Positions 44,225 to 55,073 of a stretch of 64,000 nt of DNA are shown here, piece by piece. The notes beneath the pieces are model-generated. The model ran no database searches. It saw only the letters and a list, made by a program, of their open reading frames with translations, and was not told the origin of the DNA. The stretch spans positions 1-64,000 of the forward strand of contig CAVYHE010000008.1 of the NCBI GenBank assembly GCA_963768305.1, given 5' to 3'. The position numbers and the translations under genes were made by a program. Source of the DNA: an uncultured bacterium. Its GTDB lineage: Bacteria; Margulisbacteria; WOR-1; CAVSGV01. How positions within the stretch are numbered: the stretch's first letter is position 1; each line of letters starts with the position of its first letter.

Positions 44225-45927
44225 TTTTTCTCCTCGTTCCTTATATCGACCAGGTTCAGCTGGGCCGACCCGTAGCCGTTGTACTCGTTTACCTCTAAAT
44301 TATAAGCCAGATCGTAGCTTTCGCCCAGCCGTAATTTATCCGCAAGCTCGCCCATGGAAAACCCGATGGAATCAAGGACAACACTGCCATCCGTGAACCT
44401 TGTCTTTAAATGCGAGCCGTCCCCCACCCTTCTCATGTCGATAAGTTTCAGCCCGAGGCTCGCAAAAACAGGAGTCGGGTTTTCTTCGCCGTATGGGTTC
44501 AAAAGTTCAAGTTCTGACGCAAGTCCCATGTTGATCTGTTTCGGGTCGAGAACGGATTCGATCTCAAGCGCCGGAGTAAGATCTTCATCGGAGATCAGGT
44601 CGTCAAATATCTTTCTGAGCCGCCTTGTAAGTTCGGGTATTTTATCTTCTGATATCTCGAATCCCGCCGCTTTCTTGTGCCCGCCGAAATCCATGAAAAG
44701 ATCCCGGCATTGGTCAAGGACGCTGAAAATATCGATCCCATCGATCGATCTTGCCGACCCTCTGCCGATGCCTTCAGCAATGCCTATCAGCACCGCGGGA
44801 CGGTAATATTTATCAACGACCTGCGAAGCGGCTATCCCTATCACTCCCGGATTCCAGGAATCCCCGCTGAGGATCACCGCTTTTTCCGGAGAATCGCCGA
44901 TACGCGCGAAAACTTCTTGCTGTATCTGGTTGCCGATGCTCTGCCTTTTTGAATTAAGCTTATTGAGTTCACCGGCTAATGTTTCGGCCCTTGCCGCGTC
45001 TTTTGTCGTGAGAAGCTCCACGCTCAAGGAAGCATGTTCAAGACGGCCGGCGGAATTAAGCCGGGGCGCGATGGTGTAATTCACGATGTTTGAAGTTATT
45101 CTTTTCTTGATGCCGGCTGATTCGATCAAACTTTTCAAGCCGACCCTGATATTGCTGTTCAAGCATTTCAATCCATAAACCGCCAGTATCCTGTTCTCTC
45201 CGATAAGAGGAACAATGTCCGCGATCGTCCCAAGCCCCGCAAGGTCGAACATGTCCATTAATTTTGAGCTGTCCGATATTCCGGCTGCCCTGTAGAGCCC
45301 CCACGCGAATTTGAACGCGACTCCGGCGCCTGACATTTCCCTGGTCTTGTGGCCGCCATCGATCAGCTTGGGATTCACGATCGCATAGGCCTTCGGCAAT
45401 TTTGACGGCGGATTATGATGGTCGGTTATGATGACTTCCATCCCCAGCGAATTGGCATATTCCACTTCAATGAGGTTGCTGATGCCGCAATCAACGGTAA
45501 TTATCAGCCGAACTCCTTCATCATATAATTTCTTTACGGCTTCATTGTTCATCCCGTACCCTTCGTTATACCTGTGAGGGATATAATATGTAGCGTCAAT
45601 GCCGAGGTCTTTCAGCGCCAGAAGAAGGATGGATGTTCCGGTAACGCCGTCCACATCGTAATCGCCGTACACCGCGACCTTCTCTTTGTCGGCTTTTGCA
45701 AGAAGGATCCTGTTCGCGGCCTTTTCCAGGTCCGGGATGTCATACGGATTTGTAAGAAAATTAAGCTTCGGTGTGATGAACGCGTCCAGCTCCGATGTCG
45801 AAGAAACGCCTCTGTTGATCAAAACCTGGGCAAGTGTTGCGGAAATATTTGAAGCTCTGGAAAGTTCGCAGGCGGTATCTTTATCCTGGGGGGTTATCAG
45901 CCATTTCCTGCTTGTAAGGGTCATCAC
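44221..45927 (-). CDS. recJ: ssDNA exonuclease RecJ
   Basis: GDYDVDG, TVDCG, TDHH, GSARS, FGGH. Confidence 0.95.
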   Translation of the reverse strand: MMTLTSRKWLITPQDKDTACELSRASNISATLAQVLINRGVSSTSELDAFITPKLNFLTNPYDIPDLEKAANRILLAKADKEKVAVYGDYDVDGVTGTSILLLALKDLGIDATYYIPHRYNEGYGMNNEAVKKLYDEGVRLIITVDCGISNLIEVEYANSLGMEVIITDHHNPPSKLPKAYAIVNPKLIDGGHKTREMSGAGVAFKFAWGLYRAAGISDSSKLMDMFDLAGLGTIADIVPLIGENRILAVYGLKCLNSNIRVGLKSLIESAGIKKRITSNIVNYTIAPRLNSAGRLEHASLSVELLTTKDAARAETLAGELNKLNSKRQSIGNQIQQEVFARIGDSPEKAVILSGDSWNPGVIGIAASQVVDKYYRPAVLIGIAEGIGRGSARSIDGIDIFSVLDQCRDLFMDFGGHKKAAGFEISEDKIPELTRRLRKIFDDLISDEDLTPALEIESVLDPKQINMGLASELELLNPYGEENPTPVFASLGLKLIDMRRVGDGSHLKTRFTDGSVVLDSIGFSMGELADKLRLGESYDLAYNLEVNEYNGYGSAQLNLVDIRNEEKK

Positions 45928-46355
45928 ACCGAGCGGATAAGGAACAATTTCTGGCCGTATTCAACGGCCTGGCCGTTCTCAACGAGGATCTTTGTGACCT
46001 CTCCCTTTATTTCCGACTCGATCTCGTTGAAAAGTTTCATCGCTTCTATGATGCAGACCGTCTTTCCCGGCTCCACTTTGTCCCCTATTTCAAGGTATGG
46101 CGCGGAGTCCGGGGACGGCGACCTGTAAAATGTCCCGACCATGGGAGCGGTTATCGCCAGAACGCCTTCTTCTTCCTCGTTCTTTTTTGCAGGGGCGGCA
46201 GGTCCCTGATGGTGGGGCACCGGATGTGAAGGGACGGCGTGCCCGCCTTTTTCCCTTTTGACCTCCACCCTGAAGTCGCCCTGCTGGACGGCCAGGCCGG
46301 AGATGTCGGCATCTTCCGCTATCTTTATTACTTTTTTAACTAGATCAAAGTCCAT
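45924..46355 (-). CDS. accB: Biotin carboxyl carrier protein
   Basis: APMVGTFY, EAMK. Confidence 0.96.
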   Translation of the reverse strand: MDFDLVKKVIKIAEDADISGLAVQQGDFRVEVKREKGGHAVPSHPVPHHQGPAAPAKKNEEEEGVLAITAPMVGTFYRSPSPDSAPYLEIGDKVEPGKTVCIIEAMKLFNEIESEIKGEVTKILVENGQAVEYGQKLFLIRSV

Positions 46356-46399
46356 AATGAAGTCCTGATTTTATACTATCCCGCAAAATTAATCAACAT

Positions 46400-46960
46400 C
46401 AAACTCGCTCGATATATTTGCCTGACCTTGTGTCTACCTTTGACGGTATCGCCCTGATTTATGAACAGGGGGACCTGAACGGAAATTCCGGTCTCAAGCT
46501 TTGCCGGCTTCATCGCGCCGGAAACCGTATCGCCCTTATATCCGGGCTCAGTTTCGGTGATCTTAAGCTCGACGGAATTGGGGATGTTTATGCCGATTAT
46601 CTGGTCCTTGTAATACATGAGCGTGACCATGGATTCTTCCTTTATATAACCCGCGGCTTCGCCGACTTTTTCTTTCGGCAAGGTGAGCTGTTCAAAAGTT
46701 TCCTGGTCCATGAAGGTGAAGTCATCCTGGACGCGGTATACGTATTGCATGTTCTTGTATTCAATGTGGGCTTTTTCCACTTTTTCGCTGACTCTGAAGG
46801 AACGCTCAACGATGGACCCCGTTATCATGTTCTTCATTTTGATCTTCACGACGGCCTGCTGGGCCATCTTTATGTGCTTGTAATCGATGACCTGGAACAG
46901 ACCTCCGTCTGATTCAATTGATATCCCTGGTTTTGCTTCAGTAATTGAAATTGTGACCAT
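46400..46960 (-). CDS. efp: Elongation factor P (frameshift near C-terminus)
   Basis: PGYKGDT, KPAKLETG, VPLFI; efp-accB order. Confidence 0.93.
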
Positions 46961-47032
46961 AAAACCTGACAATCTTACAGGAAAAAAGCGGGGTATTCAA
47001 GCGCATGATTTTGAATACTCTTATAAAAAAGC

Positions 47033-48196
47033 TTATTTGGGAGCTTCCATCCCGGCTTCTTCAAATATTTTGCTTATCTCATTTTTATCCAATCCGACTT
47101 TATCCATTCCGGAATCTATCCTCTTAAGGGCTTCTGATTTATAAACCGGATCCCCGCTATCCCTGATCGTTCTCAAAGCTTCTTTTAACACTTTGATCGT
47201 CTCGTTCTTATCCTGACCGGCTTTATTCATCGCGAAAGCTATATTAATGATCGCCTCTGCTTTACAATCTATATCCGCAATTGTCCTGGCGGCTGCCAAA
47301 GCTGTTTGAAAAACCTTGTTCACTTTGTCTTTATCCGGCTCGGATTCGGACATCTTTAGAGCTATCTTCATAAATGCCCATGCTTTCCAATATGGATCTT
47401 GAACGAACTTGGCAGTTCCCAGCGCTTCGTTAAAAACTTTGTTTACCTCGTTCTTATCAAGCTTGGCTTCAGCCATATATGAAGCTATGTAACCAATGAG
47501 TGCCGCTTTCGATAGCGCATCCTCAGGGCCTAAAGTCCTGGCTGCGTCCAATGCTTTGTTGAATACTCTGCCCATTTCGTACTTATTCAGTTGGGTGTAA
47601 GTGGCCTCTGATGCCGCATCCAAAATAGCCCATGTTTTCCAGTACGGATCTTTAATGGCCACGGCTATGTCCAAAGCTTCCTTTAACGCACTGCCTATCT
47701 CGACATCATCAAGGCCAGCCTTAGCCATATTTGAAGCTATATAGTCAATGGCCTTTGCTTTACAATATAAATTTGAGATGGCCCTGGCAGTTTCAAGGGC
47801 TTCATTGAATAACTCGATCATCCTGCTCTTACCCAGCTTTGCCTTGATCATATCGGAAGTTATATCCTTGATCGCCTCAACTTCTTCATCAGGATCTTTT
47901 ATGGTCGCGACTTTTTTAAATGCCTCTTGAAAACACCCGTAAAGGACATCCCGGTCCGCTTCCGTTAATGCGAGTGGATGCTTGTCCATCGGGCTGATGC
48001 TCTCCAAGTTTTGGATATAAAATTTTGCTTCAGCTTCCACAATATTCCCATCCTTATTTATATCGGCGGCTTCTATATAGCTTTCGTCAGAATACGGATC
48101 GGAAGTTTTTTTAATGGCCCCTTTATGATTCATAAGCTTATATAGTAGCGCCTGAGCGTTACTTGAAACATTCGAGACCTGTAAACTATCGGACAT
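47033..48196 (-). CDS. Orphan protein with EF-hand-like loop and ~40-aa helical repeats
   Basis: SD GGAGG before ATG 48196; DINKDGNIVEAE; repeated KAxAxxxIAxxMxKAxLDKxExxKVFxEAL..DP. Confidence 0.75.
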   Translation of the reverse strand: MSDSLQVSNVSSNAQALLYKLMNHKGAIKKTSDPYSDESYIEAADINKDGNIVEAEAKFYIQNLESISPMDKHPLALTEADRDVLYGCFQEAFKKVATIKDPDEEVEAIKDITSDMIKAKLGKSRMIELFNEALETARAISNLYCKAKAIDYIASNMAKAGLDDVEIGSALKEALDIAVAIKDPYWKTWAILDAASEATYTQLNKYEMGRVFNKALDAARTLGPEDALSKAALIGYIASYMAEAKLDKNEVNKVFNEALGTAKFVQDPYWKAWAFMKIALKMSESEPDKDKVNKVFQTALAAARTIADIDCKAEAIINIAFAMNKAGQDKNETIKVLKEALRTIRDSGDPVYKSEALKRIDSGMDKVGLDKNEISKIFEEAGMEAPK

Positions 48197-48244
48197 TTTC
48201 TGCCTCCAATGGGACTTTTTGTGCAATTTTCACTGTATATATTA

Positions 48245-48273
48245 TTATCGACAAATCCATCCTGAAATCTCAC
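48245..48273 (-). promoter_or_regulatory. Putative sigma28-like promoter
   Basis: GTGAGATTT-N12-GTCGATAA; matches 29177-29205. Confidence 0.5.
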
Positions 48274-48323
48274 GATTTAATGGAAATATTTGCGGTGATC
48301 CTGAGGCATTTCGAGGTTAGATC

Positions 48324-49991
48324 TTACGCCCTGCTTTCGTCTTCCACTTCGTATGTGGAATAATAATACGGGGTGAACGCCTCAAATTCGGCGCTGCAGG
48401 TGTCGACTAACTTGTAAACAGGCTTAAGCTTGCGGTCCTGCCTCATGTTATATACGGATATTTCGTCAAGCCCCAGGAGCCTGCCCAGATGAACATCCGA
48501 AAACCCCATCTGTTTCGCTTCGATAAGTAGTTTATCCGGGATATTCGCACCCCTGAACTTTAATATTTCATGTTCAAGCTCGATGATCTCTTGTATGTTC
48601 TTAAGGAACCACCTGTCGATAAACGTGAGCTTGAATATTTCATCTATAGAAAATCCCGCTTCGATCGCGTATTTTATGAAGAATATCCTCTCGGCGTTCG
48701 GCCTTTTCAATTTATCTACGATCTCCGTCCTGGTCAATTTATGCCCCTTCGGTACGGCGACTTCATCAAGCCCGAAACTTTTAATTTCAAGCGACCTCAA
48801 TCCCTTGTTTAGCGCTTCTTTGAAAGTGCGCCCTATCGACATCGTTTCGCCTACGGATTTCATGGACGGACCCAGCGTCGGGTCGGCGCCAGGGAATTTC
48901 TCGAAAGTGAACCTCGGTATCTTTACGACGCAGTAGTCGATGGTCGGCTCAAAGCACGCCGGCGTCTGCTTGGTGATGTCATTCCGTATCTCAGGGAGCG
49001 TATAGCCGACAGCGAGTTTCGCCGCGATCTTAGCAATGGGGAATCCGGTGGCCTTGGACGCGAGAGCAGATGACCTGGAAACACGCGGGTTCATTTCTAT
49101 TACGACCATCTTTCCGTCATCGGGATTCACCGCGAACTGGATATTGGAACCGCCGGTTTCAACGCCTATCTCCCTTATTATCGCTATGGACGCGTCCCTC
49201 ATTTTCTGGTATTCCACGTCCGTCAGGGTTTGGATGGGCGCGACGGTTATGCTGTCGCCGGTATGGACTCCCATCGGGTCGAAATTTTCGATAGAACAGA
49301 TTATGACGACGTTGTCAGCCTTATCCCTCATCACTTCAAGCTCGAATTCCTTCCAGCCGACAACGGATTCTTCAATAAGTATTTCGGATATTGGGCTTGA
49401 TTCGATCCCGATAGCGGCGAATTTTTTGAATTCAGCCATTGAATGGGCAACTGCCTGTCCCGTGCCCCCCAGAGTGAAACTGGGCCTTATTATCACGGGG
49501 AATCCGATCCGTTTGACCGCGCTGACGGCATCCTTTAACGTACGTGCTATCCCGCTTTGCGGGACATCCAGTCCGATCTTTTCCATCGCTTTCCTGAAAA
49601 GTAACCTGTTTTCCCCTTTTTTGATGGCTTTCGCATCCGCGCCAATCATTTCCACATTGTATTTTTTCAGGATGCCGCTGTCGTGGACGGCAATAACAGT
49701 ATTGAGAGCAGTTTGTCCGCCGAGTGTCGGTAATATCGCGTCGGGCCTTTCTTTCTTTATGACTTTTTCGATTATTTCCGGCGTGATCGGTTCAACATAT
49801 GTCCTGTCAGCAAGCTGGGGATCGGTCATAATGGTGGCGGGATTGCTGTTGATAAGAATGACCCTGTATCCTTCGGCTTTCAGCGCCCTGCACGCCTGCG
49901 TGCCGGAGTAATCAAATTCGCACGCCTGGCTTATTATTATCGGCCCCGAGCCGATAATCAGGATCGATTTGATATCTTTTCGCTTCGGCAT
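48324..49991 (-). CDS. carB: Carbamoyl-phosphate synthase large subunit, N-terminal half only (555 aa)
   Basis: [24 protein letters not shown]; ends [14 protein letters not shown]. Confidence 0.92.
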   Translation of the reverse strand: MPKRKDIKSILIIGSGPIIISQACEFDYSGTQACRALKAEGYRVILINSNPATIMTDPQLADRTYVEPITPEIIEKVIKKERPDAILPTLGGQTALNTVIAVHDSGILKKYNVEMIGADAKAIKKGENRLLFRKAMEKIGLDVPQSGIARTLKDAVSAVKRIGFPVIIRPSFTLGGTGQAVAHSMAEFKKFAAIGIESSPISEILIEESVVGWKEFELEVMRDKADNVVIICSIENFDPMGVHTGDSITVAPIQTLTDVEYQKMRDASIAIIREIGVETGGSNIQFAVNPDDGKMVVIEMNPRVSRSSALASKATGFPIAKIAAKLAVGYTLPEIRNDITKQTPACFEPTIDYCVVKIPRFTFEKFPGADPTLGPSMKSVGETMSIGRTFKEALNKGLRSLEIKSFGLDEVAVPKGHKLTRTEIVDKLKRPNAERIFFIKYAIEAGFSIDEIFKLTFIDRWFLKNIQEIIELEHEILKFRGANIPDKLLIEAKQMGFSDVHLGRLLGLDEISVYNMRQDRKLKPVYKLVDTCSAEFEAFTPYYYSTYEVEDESRA

Positions 49992-50006
49992 ATTACTTGA
50001 AATCCT

Positions 50007-51081
50007 TTACTGACTTGATGAATTCGTCGAACAGTCCTGATGAATCATGCGGTCCCGGAGAAGCCTCCGGATGATACTGCACGGAGAACAACGGGAATTT
50101 TTATGGCGCATGCCTTCAATGGTGTTGTCATTGAGATTTATGTGCGTGACTTCGATCTTCTTTTTATCAAGGGTCTTAATGTCAACATTGAAGTTGTGGT
50201 TCTGGACGGTTATCGCGACTTTCTTTGTCCTGACATTCTGGACAGGATGGTTCGCCCCGTGGTGGCCAAACTTCAGTTTGTACGTCTTTCCGCCAAGAGC
50301 CAGACCTAATATCTGGTGCCCGAGGCATATCCCGAACAGCGGGACTTTACCGATCAATTTCTTGACAGTATTTATCACGTACGGCACGCCTTCGGGATCG
50401 CCGGGGCCGTTAGAAATAAGCATCCCGTCGGGTTTGAGGGCTAATATTTCTTCGGCAGTCGTCTTCGCAGGGACTACTTCAACTTTGCAATTCCTTTCCG
50501 CAAGCATCCTTAATGAGTTAAATTTTATCCCGCAGTCCAGGACGACTACTTTATATTTACCTTTTTTATTCCATGAATATTTTTTCCTGCAAGTCACTTC
50601 CTTGACCATGTCGATGCCGACGATGCCCGGGGAATTTTTGGCTTTTTTGACGAGCCTTTTCAGATCGTGATCTGATGGTGGACATGACCGCTTTTTTTGA
50701 CCCGTGATCGCGCAGATGTTTTGTGAGCGCCCTGGTATCGATCCCCTCAATTGCGACAATGCCGTTATCTTTCAGGTATTGCCGAAGCGATGAACTGGCC
50801 CGCCAGTTGGATGTGACGCGGCTGCATTCTTTCATTATGAAACCCTCCACCCACGGGCGGCGTGATTCGACGTCAGCTTTATTCACGCCGTAATTGCCGA
50901 TTAGAGGGTATGTCATTGTTACCATCTGGCCTTTATATGAGGGATCGGTAAGGACTTCCTGGTAGCCGGTCATTGAGGTATTGAAAACGACTTCGCCGAA
51001 GGATTCGCCGGGTGAACCGCAAGCCAAGCCTTCGAATATCAAACCGTCTTCAAGCGCGAGAATGCATTTTGTGGTTTTCAA
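50007..51081 (-). CDS. carA: Carbamoyl-phosphate synthase small subunit (frameshifted)
   Basis: [29 protein letters not shown]. Confidence 0.95.
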
Positions 51082-51139
51082 TGTCGATCAAAAAGTTATT
51101 ATGTCACAGGAATGGGCAAGCTTCAAGGATATAAAATTT

Positions 51140-51902
51140 CTATTTTTGAGACTGCATTACGATATACGGCGTGTTCAGCCCGCTTTCAAGGCCTTCATAG
51201 CGGATGAAATCGTGTGGAGAAGCAACCCTGTACCAGAAATACGTCTTTGGAACGAAAGGCGCGAAAATGCCGAGAAATCCAAGGTCCGGTATCATCTGGA
51301 TCTTGTAGCAGTCGATGGTTTTTCCGCCGACATCTACCGGTTCGACGCCCTTATTGACAAGGGTCATGTTGTAAAAAGCGGGTTCGTCCGTAAGCATGGG
51401 GAATACAAAGTCGGCTTTTCCTGTCGAACGGATAGCTCATCAGCGCCAGGCCCAAGCCGTTCTTGTCCAGTATGCCGTCCTTAAAGTCGAATTCCTTTTT
51501 ATCGTTCAACAGCTTCGAATAGATCTTTCTTGCCGCCTGATCATAGGTGTTCTCCATCGAAAATGTAACAACGCCGTCCTTGTTTTTGAACTCAAGGATC
51601 GAATTTTGAGGAACAATCGTTTCATTGTCAAAAAGATATACCGTTTCCTCGTGCCAGGTAAGGTATTTCTTGTCATTGCCGTACTGCCCTTCCCCATCTT
51701 CGATTATTTTAAGATACTTATGACCATTTAAACTATAGGCGACATCTGAATTCTTGCTGTGCCAGACATATTTCCCGCTGTCCTTTTCGTAGGTCTTTAT
51801 TTCAGCCGGCTTTTCGTTGATCGCAGTTATCCTGAATATTTCGGAATAAGCCGCGGATAAAAAGATCGAGCAGAAGAACAATATGAGGAATGTTTTTTTC
51901 AT
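51140..51902 (-). CDS. Secreted hypothetical protein (frameshift ~51410)
   Basis: Signal peptide; two overlapping ORFs. Confidence 0.6.
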
Positions 51903-52322
51903 TTAATTCGTCGGTGCGTCAAAGTCCGGCGGGAACATTCCTTCAAGCTCTATGAAACTGTCGGCAAAATCTTCGGGAGAAAGCATGGGCTTTTCGGATA
52001 TGTCGGGGACAAGCTTTATCGTCCTGTCATCGTTTACAAGTTCGAACAAGGTGTTGTCGGCGTCCTTTATCTTCTTTAGCTTGAGATAACTGAAGCTTCC
52101 GACATTGATGTATATGCGGCCGCCCAGGAACAAAGTGGGCTCCTCGGAATTAGAGCAAACCCTCATCACATAACCCTTTCCCTTGCTCTCAACTTTTCCG
52201 TTTACTATTTCGAAGTATGAGACTTTTCCGAGGTCGCGGACGAGCATAAGCATGTCTTTCTTATTGTAGACGATACCGTTATTGACGATGAACTGCATTT
52301 TCATCAATTTGTCTTTTCGCAT
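51903..52322 (-). CDS. Hypothetical protein resembling a conserved cyanobacterial family
   Basis: 139-aa ORF, extended -10 directly upstream; motifs GIVYNKKDM..DLGKV..YINVGSFSYL..IKLVP (family resemblance from recall). Confidence 0.7.
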   Translation of the reverse strand: MRKDKLMKMQFIVNNGIVYNKKDMLMLVRDLGKVSYFEIVNGKVESKGKGYVMRVCSNSEEPTLFLGGRIYINVGSFSYLKLKKIKDADNTLFELVNDDRTIKLVPDISEKPMLSPEDFADSFIELEGMFPPDFDAPTN

Positions 52323-52352
52323 AAGAAGATTATAACAAAGAGGCGGGGGTTT

Positions 52353-53121
52353 TCAACCGATTAATTCTTTGATCTTTTCTTTTATGTTCCCGCTCTTGAG
52401 GATAGCCTCGCCGATAAGGACTGCGTTCACGCCTGCGCTCTTGAAAAGGTCGATATCTTCCCTGGTCTTTATCCCGCTTTCCGAAACGATGATCTTATTC
52501 TTCAGGTCCGGAACTTCATTGATGATCTTGAGCGTTGTTTTTAGATCGACCTTAAGCGAGTCGAGGTCCCTGTTGTTTATCCCGATGATCTCTGCCCCCG
52601 CCTCGATTGCCAGCACAGCTTCTTTCGCCGAATGGACTTCGACAAGAGCATCCATCCCTAGGTTCCCCGTGATCCTTATAAGATCTTCAAGCTGTCCCCC
52701 GTCCAAAATCCTGACGATCAAAAGTACAGCGTCCGCTCCGGCTAGACGGGATTCGTATATCTGGGACGCGTCGATGATGAAATCTTTTCGCAATACCGGG
52801 AGTTTGACAGCAGCTTTGACATTTTCGATATCATTGATGCTGCCGTGAAAATATTTCGCGTCTGTCAGAACAGATACTGCCGATGCGCCGGCATTTTCGA
52901 AAGATCTAGCGTTCATTTTCGCCGAATATTTCCTGGATATGATTCCGGCTGACGGGGACGCCGCCTTTGTTTCAGCTATCAGTTTTATGTCCCGCCCGGT
53001 CAAAGCTTTTTTGAATCTGCGGACTTTCTCGAGCTTAAAGGGTTTAAGAGGGAGTTTGTAACTTTTCCTTCAACAGCTCGATCTCTTTTTGCTTCGTTAT
53101 TATTATCTTATCAAGGATCAT
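52353..53121 (-). CDS. trpC: Indole-3-glycerol phosphate synthase (N-terminal frameshift)
   Basis: IAETKAASPSAG, LRKDF, GINNRDL, SESGI. Confidence 0.94.
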
Positions 53122-53801
53122 TTCTTATGCTCCCTTATGTTGGGCTTGTGCGAATACGTCGGCGCCAGCGCGATATGATCCTCAATTTCATTTTTTTTCA
53201 GTTTTCCCAATCCTATCCTCGCGACATTCACCGCCCACGGCACGACGTTTTTTTCTTCAGCAAAGAGGATATTATCATTTTTAATGATATTTTTAAGCTC
53301 TTTGTCGGCAGCAAGTATCATTTTCCCTTTGACTTTGGATATAACTTCAGCGATTTTATTCATCTTAACAGTGATGTCCGCCGTCATACGCTTAAGCTCC
53401 CCTTTTTTTGATCCCCACAATGAGAAATTATAGTCATCTTTGCAGGCATTCACTGCGACAGCTATTGTTCCATTAAAATCGATAAGATTAAAGGCTATCG
53501 CTTCCAGGGTTGAAACGGATATTATCGGGACCTTCAATGCTTCCACAAGGCCTTTCGCCGCGGCAAGCCCTCCGCGAAGCCCGGAATAAGAGCCAGGCCC
53601 GGTCGTTACTGCAATGGCATCGATATCTTTAATGGTTAATTTTACTTTTCCGAGGACTTCATGGATAAGGATTATCAATTTCTCTGACCGGACGGCCTTT
53701 GAAGAAAATGAGCATTCGGCAAGTATCCCGCCGTCCGACGCGATCCCCGCGCCGGAAATACCGGCCGCGCTGGTTATTCCCAGGACTATTTCGTCTCTCA
53801 T
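53118..53801 (-). CDS. tsaB: t6A biosynthesis protein TsaB
   Basis: GPGSYSGLRGG, VSTLEA. Confidence 0.88.
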   Translation of the reverse strand: MRDEIVLGITSAAGISGAGIASDGGILAECSFSSKAVRSEKLIILIHEVLGKVKLTIKDIDAIAVTTGPGSYSGLRGGLAAAKGLVEALKVPIISVSTLEAIAFNLIDFNGTIAVAVNACKDDYNFSLWGSKKGELKRMTADITVKMNKIAEVISKVKGKMILAADKELKNIIKNDNILFAEEKNVVPWAVNVARIGLGKLKKNEIEDHIALAPTYSHKPNIREHKK

Positions 53802-54227
53802 CTCCCATCTCCCATCTCTAACCCTTTGATATCGATCTTCCGTTCATTCTCGGAAACTATGTCAATATTGATCTCAATCGTTCTTTCCGGAAGCAACGGC
53901 CTGATCTTCTCCGCCCATTCTATCACCGTGGCCCCGCCTTTTTCAAAATACTCCTCGATCTCAATTCAAGCGCTTCTTCCATCCTGTTTATGCGGTAAAG
54001 GTCTACATGATAAAGATTTATCTGTACCTTTGAATTCGTTGATGATGGTGAATGTGGGGCTTGTGACCCAGTCCTTTATTCCCAGACCTTTGGCGATGCC
54101 CTGAACCAATGTGGTCTTTCCCGCCCCGAGACTCCCGCTTAAGCGCGACTATGTCGCCGGGCTTGAGGCACCTTCCTATGCGCTCGCCCAGGCGGACAGT
54201 TTCAGCTCGGCTGTTCGAAGCGATCAC
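53798..54227 (-). CDS. tsaE: t6A biosynthesis ATPase TsaE (frameshifted; end approximate)
   Basis: LGAGKT, VTSPTF, HVDLYR, IEWAE across frames. Confidence 0.85.
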
Positions 54228-55073
54228 CAGCGCTCGTAGTCGTCAGCAACGCCTTTCTTTATGTCCTTGAATCCCGGCAGATCATCGTCATATTTGTCGC
54301 CGACATCGTTCTTTCTTTCTTCGTATATTTCGATGATCTTTTTTTCCATGACCGGATGGACGGCATTCGGCGCTATCTCCGACAGCGGCTTAAGCACAAA
54401 AAGCCGTTCGTGAAGGAGCGGATGAGGGACCTGAAGCTTATCGTCGCTGATTATCTGGTCGTCGTAAAGGAGGATGTCCAGGTCTATTGTCCTGGGCCCC
54501 CAGTCCACGTCCCGCTCCCTGCCCAGCGCGTTCTCCGTTTCTTGAAGCACTGAGAGAAGCTTGTAGGGATCCAGCGTCGTCTTTATCTCCACCGCCGCAT
54601 TCATGAACTGCGGCTGGTCGGTATTGCCCACGGGTTCCGTTTCATAATTCGAGGATTTCTTTGATGACCTTTATGCCTGGCGTTTTTGAAAGAAGGAATA
54701 TCGCCTGTTCTATGTATTCTTCCCTGTCGCCGACATTCGAGCCGAGCCCGATGAACACTGTATGAGGGCCTTTCTTGAGCTTCAATTCTTTTTTTACCGG
54801 GGCCGGGACCGGTGCCGGAACAGCATTTACGACCGGTTTTTTTGCGGATATTTTAACGATCTTTTTTGCGATCTTCTTTTTTGCGGCTTTCCTCTTTTTC
54901 GCAGTGATCTTTTTCTTAGCGGGCTTCTTTGCTGCTTTTTTGGGCTGCGCCTGCCTCGACTTGCGCCCGGCAAGGCGGGCCTTTTTCGCCGGTCTTTTCT
55001 TTTTCATGGCTTTTCTCCTCCCCCTCAGCACCTTATCCGTCAATTTTCTGAATAAATTCACCATCATCATCAT
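54224..55073 (-). CDS. folK: FolK (HPPK) with Lys/Ala-rich N-terminal extension (frameshift ~54650)
   Basis: IGLGSNVGDR, QPQFMNA, WGPRTIDLDIL, VPHP. Confidence 0.9.
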
